From: Malacoraja senta
Lineage: Eukaryota
Assembly: GCA_038087875.1 (NCBI GenBank)
Contig: JAXLNO010005421.1
Span: forward strand, 1 to 47,939
Direction of reading: 5' to 3'
DNA length: 47,939 bases
This document shows positions 1 to 10,293 of this stretch, one piece after another. The notes beneath the pieces were generated by a model that searched no databases, was not told the DNA's origin, and was given only the letters and a program-made list of their open reading frames with translations. The translations under genes were made by a program, and so were the position numbers. The stretch's first letter is position 1. Each line of letters starts with the position of its first letter.

Positions 1-83
1 TTAGTGTGCGGGGATCGCTGGTCGGGCGTGGACCCGGTGGTCCGAAGGGCCAATTTCCTCTCTGTATCTCTGAACTAAACTAA
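1..83 (+). mobile_element. 3' end of an HE1-like (V-SINE) element
   Basis: GATCGCTGGTCGG...CCGAAGGGCC...CTGTATCTCTGAACTAAACTAA tail; related to SINE pieces at 45350-45560. Confidence 0.7.
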
Positions 84-519
84 CAGGGGAGAACACTGGA
101 CCTTCTTGGTCAGTTTATTATTTTACACTTATATACATTACACCGATCACGGAGTTTGAAATATAGCTGACAAGCCGAGTTCATGCAAGAAACGGAGGAA
201 AACGGGAGACGATTTTATTCAGCAACTCCGTTCTGGCAGAACATCTATCCTGTGTTAAGAAACCTAACTTTTAGGGGATTTAAATCTTGAGTTCAACTTC
301 TACCTGAATTTAATCGATTTACAAAAGCTTTCAAGTTCTCCCTGCAGTCCGTTTCTTAAACACCTTTACGTTTTGCGCTTTTTTTGACAGCCAAGTACTT
401 TAAATGCCATTTATTGCATTGTAGCAATGATAGGCAACGATTTGATAAAAGCGGTTAATTACATGACAAGAGAAGCATGCAGCTATATAAGAGACACGGA
501 GAAGCTGATCATCGGGGCA

Positions 520-800
520 GTTCTGTCCATGGTCATGGGAGGCTTTTTATAGTTTAAAAAAACTGCATGACATTTTTATCCATGTGATGATTTTTCCACA
601 CGTCGGTAGTCGTTGTTGGCTCAAGAGTAACTCAGGAGAGGAACTTGGTACATCGCAGAAATGAGAAGTAAACGGCAAACTTAGACATACACGTGGGAAC
701 TTGTTTAAACTCGTGAACATAAACTTGGAATCTCGTGGACAACCACGAGTTTGATTTTTTCTTTCACTCGTGGGTGGACTCGCACCGTGAGACAGGGCCA
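520..800. mobile_element. Degenerate PIF/Harbinger-type MITE fragment
   Basis: Ends ...CGTGAGACAGGGCCA|TTA, resembling the GTGGGACAGGCCCT|TTA TIR at 38036-38367; left end unclear. Confidence 0.35.
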
Positions 801-1800
801 TTAAACTTCAGGAATGAGACTTACCCTCCCGCGCGAAAAACATCCGCAGCTCGCGTCCTATTTCCGCAAACCCAAGCCCATCGATAGTCTTCGGAACGAA
901 CGGCGTTAATCGTCCAGTTTTAACACAAAATCCACCGACGAGTTCAGGCTTCGTCCTGATTTTAACTACGGTGCCTCGATGTTTATGAGATCCTGAATAT
1001 GCCTATACATATATTATACATAGGGTATTTGTAATCAATGATTACCACCCCAACCTTGTTCGTCGGAGGGGAGAGGGTAACCCTGTTTAGAAAACCTCTA
1101 AAACCTACCCGAGAGGGGGGGAGACAGACACACCTTTCACGCCTCCCTTGGTTCCCAAAATTCACACAAAAGGGCGGTTACCTCTAGGTGCTAATTTCTG
1201 CAGCTCACCAACTCTTCTCCAATGCTAACCCCCTCCCCCCTTCCCCGTAGCCGACTGCTCATTGCTGCGCGGCGGCCCCACAAGGCCCGCCGCCTCTTCC
1301 GCCTTTCCCCTCGGGCTTTTCGTTGGGAGGAGCCGCGGCCGCGCGGGTAATGGCGCCAGGCGCGCGTGTGAGAACCTGGGCCTGCCCGGCACCGCCTTCC
1401 CCTCTCTCACTCTCTCTGCCGCAGGCGGCGGCTTAAACCGAGAACGGGTGAAGAGCGCCAGATGATGGAGCTCTGCGACCGCCGCTCGGCTGGAGTGGGA
1501 CCGTTATCGTTGCGCTGGCCTTCCGCTCCCACAGCCCGTCACTGCGCACTTCTGACGCCGCCACGCCTCCCGACAGCGCCCGCGCGGGGCGATGCTCCTC
1601 ACGCCGCCGCGCTGCATCGCACGCTCCACGGGTACGCGACGGCCCGCATTCCCCTGGGCGCGCGGCCGTGGGGGCGGGGGCGAGTCTCGAGTAGCCAGCG
1701 CCGGCTAGGGGCAACAGCGGGCGGAAAGTCGCTGCAAAAAGCGCGCAACGCTAGAGTGCGGGCGGAAGCAGGGCAGGGGGAAGGGGGAGAAGAAAGGTTA
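801..1800 (-). promoter_or_regulatory. CpG island / putative promoter and first exon, copy 1 (inverted paralog of 24067-25054)
   Basis: CpG-dense; CCAAT and CGGAA motifs; minus-strand donors GAGTTG|GTGAGC (~1208) and GGGAGG|GTAAGT (819-824); 801-1682 aligns as the reverse complement of 24067-25054. Confidence 0.6.
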
Positions 1801-1945
1801 GACTGAGATTCTTTACCGACTTGAAATTTTTTACAGGTTTGAAACCTGGTGTGAATTCTGTGTGAAAGAATTTTGGAGTACTCGGGTTGAAAGGAGAGAT
1901 TGATTGTATTGAAAGAAGAGTTTGATTGTGTGAGCGACTTACTGT

Positions 1946-2985
1946 AGCAATGTTACAAAATTTTGAGATTTTAAAAATAAAGTCTGCAATTTATCCCATC
2001 AGATAAAGCATAAAAAGAAGTTTAATTTGACACCTAATTCACTTTCATATCTTCAGTATTAAAAAGGTTATGGCCATTTTCATACTCGGAAATTAGCATC
2101 TTGTTCCCTATTGCTTTTCCATTGACTTAACACAAAAGCTGTGATCGAGGACAGTTAAAAGCCCATAACTTTCTTAAAAATTATGGTAACTGAAAGAAAT
2201 TTTTCAGGTATTATAGATTGAAGCATTCTGAAACAAATATGAAACAATCTAACTTAGAAGACATGAAATTAAGCATATAATTAGTTAGTTACCTAATTGT
2301 AGCTAATTACAAAATTCAATTACTAGATCTAAACATCTATCAATTTCTTAAGAATAGATTAACATTTTTAAATAGCCTAAGTGTCCAAATAACATTCACA
2401 CAATAATTCACAATATAACATATTTTTTAAATCTCATTGTCATGTATGTACAGGCCAAATGGAAGGAATTAAATGTTTAATACCTGTAAATTAATGGGCA
2501 TTTAAATCATTTTGCGAGTGAGGATTTCTGGAACGCGATCATTTGGAACGTTGATTTGCGGTGAATTTAACCCCGTATCGGCATGAAAAATTCTGCCGTT
2601 CGGGGAAAAGAATCACCGTTTCGCATTAAAAAATATGAATTAAAGGCTTCTTAAGAAGCACTTTTATACATTAAAATAAACCACTTTCGTTTACCTGTCC
2701 CGTGTGTGAAATCTGTCCCCGTTGTCGGCATTGACGGCTTTCGAAGCTGATTTTAAAATAACTCCAGCGCTGACATTGTCAATTTAATAAAAATAAAAAA
2801 ATACACAAAACGGCCCTAGGAACGATTTTTCAGCAAACGCTTGTACTCCAACTAAATATAATACAGGACAAGGTACGATAAACCAGCGTTTTAACCCCGC
2901 CCCCCCCCCTGAAAGGCGCCAAAATCGCGCACACGGCCAGTGGCAGAATTGCAGCGCCGCTGAAGGTAAGTATTGTAACATACCT
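1946..2985. mobile_element. Non-autonomous DNA transposon, 9-bp TSD (MULE-like), copy 1
   Basis: Imperfect TIRs AGCAATGTTACAAAA / ATTGTAACATACCT; flanks ACTTACTGT / ACTTACTGG; homologous over its length to 4204-5239. Confidence 0.8.
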
Positions 2986-3322
2986 ACTTACTGGCGTGTT
3001 GAAGAACTTTTGGCCATTGTTTGTAGTGAACTTGTTAAGTCTTGTGAGTGGAGTGTGAATCGTTTGGATACTGTCCATTGTTAGTAACAATGGGGAACCA
3101 GATCTAAAGAGATATGATGGAAGACCCTGAAAGCCCGCTACAATTAGTTTGCAGCGAGTTCCCTCAGAAGGCGGAAAGATTGAAATATTTTTCGGGTGCG
3201 TTGAATAAAAAATTAGGAGTGATTTGTGGCCCAAAGGAGGGGTTGGTACACTAAAGGGAGTGAAATGCATTGAGAAGATTGTTTGGCAATGTAGCAACAG
3301 TGATGTAGCGAAGGAACTTATT

Positions 3323-3520
3323 CCTCCATCGACTCCTTTAAGTCAAGACTAAAAACTTATCTATACTCCCAAGCCTTTCTTGACATCCTCTGAGCGAGGG
3401 CTATATGTATATATGTGTGTAGTTTGTTTGTTTATACTATTCTTATAACAAATGTAAAGCACTTTGGCCAACCAGATTTGTTTTTTAAATGTGCTATATA
3501 AATAAATGTGACTTGACTTG
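3323..3520 (+). mobile_element. L2-clade LINE 3' end inserted in gag
   Basis: TGTAAAGCACTTTGG...GTGCTATATAAATAAA...(GACTT)n tail; TSD ACTTATT (3316-3322 / 3521-3527); removal restores KELIGLWRQYY. Confidence 0.75.
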
Positions 3521-4203
3521 ACTTATTGGACTATGGAGACAATATTACGATAGAAGAACACAAAGAGGCTGCAATAATGGCGAACTGGCAGGAGGCAGAT
3601 TTGAAGCTTGGAGTAGAGTTAAAAGACGATGAAGGAAACCTCTAGATACTTTAAAGAAGGAATATGGATGTTCTAATAGAGAACATAGGGAATGGGAGAA
3701 AAAGAGAACTCCTGAAAGGAAACTGGCATTTGTAGACTTAGATTTATGGGACCCACTGGTTGGCTTTGGCTTGGAAGGGGGAGATGAAGAATATTTAGAG
3801 GATTGGGAAACCATTTGAATTAAAAGAAGTTTGCAGGCTCCACCTTATTCCCCTTGCACACCCTATACTCCATCTCACATCCAGCACCTTGTACACCTTG
3901 CGTGCATCACAGACCTCCTCCCATGCCTGTAGCACCACCCACACCCCCTGCTGATCCTATAGTAGTACCTGCTCACCAGACAACAGCACCTGCACAGAGT
4001 TCTTTGACCTCAACAGCTTCCCACTGGAAGATAGTCCAGAGGCGCATGCGACAAGGAGCAAAACAAAGAAGGTAGCTCCCGTGTTTAAAGATAAAGATAA
4101 AATACGAACACAAGAACCATTTTATGACCCTAAACCTAGAAGAATAAGACGACCACCTTGAGAGACCAGATATGCCTTGCCGAAATATCGCCTTCCCCAT
4201 AGT

Positions 4204-5239
4204 AGGTATGTTACAAAACTTACCTTCAGCGGCGCTGCAGTTCTGTCACTGCCCATGTGCGCGACTTTGGCGCTTTTGAGAGGGGGGCGGGTTTAAAATG
4301 CCTTGTTTCTCCAGCCTATTCAAATCGATGTCTGTCAGGCTGTTTAGCTGCTAAAGAATAATAGCTTCGACTGCCGTTTTATTAAGTTTCTTTTAAACTG
4401 CACTGGATATTTTACGAACAGGAGTAAATTAAAAATAATCTTCTAAAGCCGTCAACGCCGACAACGGGGACGGATTTCATGTACGGGACAGGTAAAGGAA
4501 AGCCGTTTATTTTATATATAAATTTGCTTCTAAGGATGCCTTTAATCAAAATCTCACATTGCGAAAATGTAATTATGTAAATATACGAACCGGCAGTATT
4601 TTTCCTGCCGATATGAGGTTAAAATTCACCGCAAATGCAACGTTCCAAACCAGCGCGTTCCACAAAAACCCACTCACAAGATGATTTAAATGGCCATTAA
4701 TTTACGGGAATTAAACACTAAATTCCTTCCATTTGGCATATAAATTAATGACAATGAGATTTAAAAATCATGTTATATTGTGAATTATTGTGTGAATGTT
4801 ATTTGAACACTTAGGCTATTTAAAAATGTTAACTTTTTCTTATGAAATGGATAGATGTTTAGATCTAGTAATTGAATTTTGTAATTAGCTACAATTGGGT
4901 AACTAACTAATTATATGCTTTAATTTCAGGTCATCCAAGTAAGATTGTTTCATATTTGTTTCACAATGCTTCAATCTATAATAACTGAAAATTTCATTCA
5001 GTTCTCTTATTTTTTAAGAAAGTTATGGGCTTTTGACTGTCCTTGATCACAGCTTTTGAGTTAATGGAAAAGCAATAGGGAACAAGATGCTAATTTCAGA
5101 GTTTGAAAATAGCCATAACTTTTTTAATACTGAAGATATGAAGGTGAATTAGGTGTCAAATTAAACTTATTTTTTGCTTTATCTGATGGGATAAATTGCA
5201 GACTTGATTTTTAAAATCTCAACATTTTGTAACATTGCT
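4204..5239. mobile_element. Non-autonomous DNA transposon, 9-bp TSD (MULE-like), copy 2, inverted relative to copy 1
   Basis: Perfect TSD CCCCATAGT (4195-4203 / 5240-5248); termini AGGTATGTTACAAAA...TTTTGTAACATTGCT. Confidence 0.85.
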
Positions 5240-5391
5240 CCCCATAGTGATGAGGATGATACATCGTGGGGTGAACCAGTATCAGGGGACACTGAGAGTG
5301 AGTCAGACATAGCAAAAATTATGAAAGAAGAACAAATATCCCGTCGTCAGTTCCCAATTAGGGAGATGCCTAACCCAGCCTTTGATCCAGT

Positions 5392-8309
5392 TAATGCAGT
5401 TGGTGCAAACAATCCCTGAACCATTGATGTGTATTCCCCATGGAAACCTAATGAAATTATGGCAGTACCGAGTAAAATACATGACAGAAAGAAATCACCT
5501 GCTTCCTTTGTGGACTATCTCCGGACCACTTGGCGTGTGTATCACGCTGAATCAAGAGACTTATGGGCTATAATACAACAGATTATAACTCCTACAGAAC
5601 ATACCAGGTTCCTATCCACTTTAGGGCACTCAAATAAGGAAGGACTAGCTAATGTGATCGCCGATAATAGTGCAAGAGCCCTTGCTAATACCCTTCAAAA
5701 GCCGATAGATATTGCATGGGATTCTGGATGTTCGGCCAAAGAAAGGAAAGGGAGCAGATGAGTTTTTAGAAAGGTTCCCGGAACTATATATGGACCAGTC
5801 AGGAAATCTAAATTTTCAGAATGGGGCAAATTCTCCTCAGTATTACGCAATATTTTTAAATTGTCTGCCAACTAATGTGGCCGAAGCAATTAAAACAAAC
5901 AACATGGACTGGTCAGAAAACAGTTCTAGTCAAATGGCTCATGCAGTGAGGTATCACTGGATGGATATCAAGAAACAAGAGTCAGCCAGTGGTTAAGGCA
6001 AAAACTGAATATGTAACAGAAGGAGGCGCCAAAGTCTAATTTAGATTTATGGAGTCCTCAGACAAGGGCAAGGCATAGTTTGATAGAATGAACAAGGCCA
6101 CCAGAACCGGATTATCCAGGTTACCCTGATGAGCCACCTCCCCTAGAACCAATTTCCCCAAGACCACACTGGAGAATCCTAAATCAAATTCTCTCTGCAA
6201 GAGTTATCAGATTATTTCAAATTACTAAACAGGAAAATTTTGAATTTGGCGACAAACCACACAAACTTCTAGCATGCCAGTTGAGAAAAGTGGAAAAGGA
6301 CCATACTATTCAAAAAATCAGATCAGATAAAGGTGAATTGTTTACACTTCCAAAAGACATTAACGAAAGATTTGCCCAATTCTATCAAAATTTATATACA
6401 TCCAAAACATCAACAGAAATGAGAAAAATTACAAACGTTCTTAATAATTGTCATCTTCCGACACTTCCGACAATGCAGCAGGAGATGAATTAGGAGCACA
6501 GATTTCAATTAAAGAAATAGAAGAGACTCTCAATTCATTGAAGAATGGCAAAACACCAGGCCCAGATGGGTTTAGTAATGAATTTTATAAAAGATTTTAC
6601 GAGGTAATCTCCCCGCGTTTACGTAACCTTTATATACACGCATTTAAAGAACAGACGCTACCACAAACCCTAGCCGAATCAACTATTACACTTATACCCC
6701 AAAAAGATAAAGATCTGGAAGATCCGGGATCATACAGAGCAATTGCCCTGTTAAATACAGATCAAAAAATATTAGCTAAAACTCTGGCAAGAAGATTAAG
6801 TAAATACGTTAATAAATTAATACACTCTGATCAAACTGGGTTTATTCCCAAGAGACACTCGTTTAATAATTTGAGACGCCTATTCAACTTAATGTACTCA
6901 CATAGAATGATAAAAGAAGACTTATCAATTATTTCATTAGACGCAGAAAAAGCATTTGATCAAGTAGAATGGAAATATCTTTTTATAGTATTGCAAAAAT
7001 TCGTTGGGAGAAAATTTTATTTCATGGATAAAACTGCTATATGATAAGCCGAGTGCCAGAATACTGACTAATCATATACTCTCACCTAAATTTCAGCTAT
7101 CCAGGGGCAATAGACAGGGATGTGCATTATCACCCCTGTTATTTGCCCTTGTGATTGAACCTTTGACGGAAAGTATAATACATCCGAATATTCACGGCTA
7201 CAACACTAAATACTCCAATAATAAAATATCATTATATGCAGATGATGTATTACTCTATATCACCAATTCCCAAGTTAGCATTCCAAGTATATTAAATCTT
7301 ATAGAGGAATTCAGTTCCTTTTCAGGATATAGAATAAATTGGAACAAAAGTGAAATTATGTCAATAAAACCTCAAGAGACGACACACCTCCTAAAGTTCC
7401 CTTTCAGAATTGCTACAGAAATTTTTTCAATATCTTGGTGTTCACGTAACCAGAAAATACACTTCTCAATTTCAAGCAAACTTTCCTCCTTTAGTTACTA
7501 AACTAAATGCCCTTACTCAATTCTAATGCAGTTGGTGCAAACAATCCCTGAACCATTGATGTGTATTCCCCATGGAAACCTAATGAAATTATGGCAGTAC
7601 TGAGTAAAATACATGACAGAAAGAAATCACCTGCTTCCTTTGTGGACTATCTCCGGACCACTAGGCGTGTGTATCACGCTGAATCAAGAGACTTATGGGC
7701 TATAATACAACAGATTATAACTCCTACAGAATGTACCAGGTTCCTATCCACTTTAGGGCACTCAAATAAGGAAGGACTAGCTAATGTGATCGCCGATAAT
7801 AGTGCAAGAGCCCTTGCTAATACCCTTCAAAAGCCGATAGATATTGCATGGGATTCTGGATGTTCGGCCAAAGAAAGGAAAGGGAGCAGATGAGTTTTTA
7901 GAAAGGTTCCCGGAACTATATATGGACCAGTCAGGAAATCTAAATTTTCAGAATGGGGCAAATTCTCCTCAGTATTACGCAATATTTTTAAATTGTCTGC
8001 CAACTAATGTGGCCGAAGCAATTAAAACAAACAACATGGACTGGTCAGAAAACAGTTCTAGTCAAATGGCTCATGCAGTGAGGTATCACTGGATGGATAT
8101 CAAGAAACAAGAGTCAGCCAGTGGTTAAGGCAAAAACTGAATATGTAACAAAGAAGGAGGTGCCAAAGTCTAATTTAGATTTATGGAGTCCTCAGACAAG
8201 GGCAAGGCATAGTTTGATAGAATGAACAAGGCCACCAGAACTGGATTATCCAGGTTACCCTGATGAGCCACCTCCCCTAGAACCAATTTCCCCAAGACCA
8301 CACTGGAGA
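5392..8309 (+). repeat. Direct duplication of the gag CA segment (5392-6175 = 7524-8309)
   Basis: Near-identical ~785-bp copies giving duplicate ORFs (5429/7561, 5712/7844). Confidence 0.95.
6179..7522 (+). pseudogene. Duplicated L1 ORF2 RT fragment (copy of 13705-14839 + 17560-17774)
   Basis: PGPDG, QTGF, SLDAEKAFD, QGCALSPLLF, YADD; same frameshifts as the downstream L1; lacks the CR1 insertion. Confidence 0.9.
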
Positions 8310-8899
8310 GGCAATAGAATATTGGGACCAGACCAATGCTATACTTGCGGTGGATTGGGTCACTGAAGTAGGGAATGCCCAACACGAGGACGAAATTAAG
8401 GAGGGGGTCAACAAACAGATCAGAGAGATCTAATAGAGCAGAGGGAGCAAAGAGGGAACTGGCAAAGAAATCAAGGGCAGAGAAGCAAACACCAATCTCT
8501 CAGACTAGTCTATTCTCACGTTCCTGATTAGCAAATTTAATGGTGAATGGACTCAAATCTGACGAAGAACCTGTACTATCATTGCGGTTAGAAGGAAAAA
8601 TATGCACCTTTCTGGTCGATACAGAGGCATCCATGTCATCTCTTCAATCAATTTATAACCTTCCCAAGTCAAGTGAAGTTCAGAGCCTGTCTGGTTTTCA
8701 GGGACAAGTTTGTCAGTATTTAATCTCTAAGCCAGTTGAAGTGGTGTATCGCGGCATGGCAATAAAACACAGATTCGTGATAACAACTGGATTAGATTAG
8801 AATTTGATGGCTAGAAATTGGCTCTGCGCATTTCAATTGAAAATTGAATGCGGTGACGGTGGAATAATAGTGATCCCATGGGCTCCCGAAAGGCAATGT

Positions 8900-9290
8900 T
8901 ATTCAATAGTGACAGGTGGTCCCTAGATTTAGATGAAGATCCTCCACTTCATATTACATTGGGTTATGACAGAAGTGGCAAGAATAAAGAGTTAGAAGCC
9001 TTCTTCAGACCCTATGAAGGAAAGAATTGTAACGTGAAAATTTTGGCACTGGTAACAGGAAAAGATGGAATTGCAGTGTACGTTAAAATACCCCATAGAC
9101 ATATGGAAACGAGTTTCAGAAGTGGTTCCACACATCTCAAGGAAGGTGAATTTTCCAGCAAGTGTGAAAGACTTGGGAGCATTGGAAATGAAAGCAATTG
9201 ATCTGGCAGATCCGAATGTATATGAAGAAGAAAACTTGTCTAATCAATGTACTGTTAAGTTTTATCAGACCCCAAGGACAGTTGTTGCCC
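8900..9290 (+). other. 2H (LigT-like) phosphoesterase domain within pol
   Basis: Two HxT/S motifs, LHITL (8950-8961) and PHIS (9128-9139), between PR and RT, separated by a frameshift; boundaries approximate. Confidence 0.7.
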
Positions 9291-10242
9291 AGCTACGCCA
9301 GCATCTGGGGAGTGAGGTATGTGAGTATGTGGACCCGCAAGTGTGGGCAGAAGACGCAACTCAGGTAGGATGTGTTCACATTGATCCCATCCAGGTAGTT
9401 CTCCAGAGAGGAGTGATACTGCCTTCGATACAACAGTACCCATTAAAACTACAGGCAATTCCTAGTATAAACAAGCTGATTCGGGGATTGCTGGAACAAG
9501 ACATCTTAGTGAAGACTATTTGTAACACACCAATCCTTGCAGTGCACAAGACAGGGAAAGAGGGCCAATACAGGTTGGTCCAGGATTTAAGATCAGTCCA
9601 TGCAGTAGTAGAACTGCTCCATGCTTTGGTGCCAAATCCGGCTCATATTCTAGCTAAGATCTTTTCCATTGTAGACCTGCAACATGGCTTCTTCTCATTA
9701 CCTCTGCACAAGAATAGCCAGTATCTATTTGCCTTTACTTACAGGGGACAACAATATACGTGGACAAGACTACCGCAGGGATTTATTAATTCGCCTGCCA
9801 TGTTTTCTCGATGTCTTCAAGAACAGTTAAGCACTTTGAGTTTTAAAAGGGAATCCACTTTAGTACAGTATGTTGGTAGCTAGTGTAGATGAGCAGAGCA
9901 ATCGTGAGGACACTGCTCAATTATTGAATCATCTGGCAAATTTAGGATATGTGGTCTCTCAGTCCAAAGTATTGATGGTTCAACAAAAAGTAAAGTTTCC
10001 AGGAGTAATAATTTCGGCTATAGAGAGAAGTTTAGAAAAGAGCAGACTGGAACCAATTTGCGAGTTTCCTATTCCAAAAGAGGTGAAGCAAATGAGACAG
10101 TGGCTTGTTTTGGTGAACTACTGCTGACCCTGGATCCCTAATATTGCAGTAGACACCAAGGGATTGACTCCTTATACTAGCCTAGAGGGCGAATTTCAGT
10201 TGTCCAAAGAAGCTCAGGAAGCTTTCGAGAGTTTGAAGAGAT

Positions 10243-10293
10243 GCGGTGCTGGCTCGAAGGGCCGAATGGCCTCCTCCTGCACCTATTTTCTAT
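10243..10293 (+). mobile_element. 51-bp CR1 3' tail inserted in frame in pol
   Basis: GCGGTGCTGGCTCGAAGGGCCGAATGGCCTCCTCCTGCACCTATTTTCTAT matches the CR1 tail at ~17490-17541; removal gives LKRSLMQAPALG. Confidence 0.9.

Larger units (their letters stand above)
3090..8527 (+). pseudogene. gag: ERV gag (MA, Pro-rich region, CA, CCHC NC), disrupted and partly duplicated
   Basis: ATG GGG AAC (MG, myristoylation-type start) at 3090; APPYSP; QFPIREMP..YSPW CA start; MHR-like KGADEFLERF; CYTCGGLGH*SRECP at ~8337-8380; TGA 8525-8527 in frame with the protease. Confidence 0.85.

Noticed and set aside
100-260. Possible minus-strand terminal exon (ACACAG acceptor, AATAAA) for promoter copy 1
   Set aside because: Signals are too short and common to support without transcript data
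5392-8309. The 785-bp direct repeats as LTRs or a giant TSD
   Set aside because: They encode capsid and lack TG..CA, PBS and PPT; the insert has no poly(A) tail
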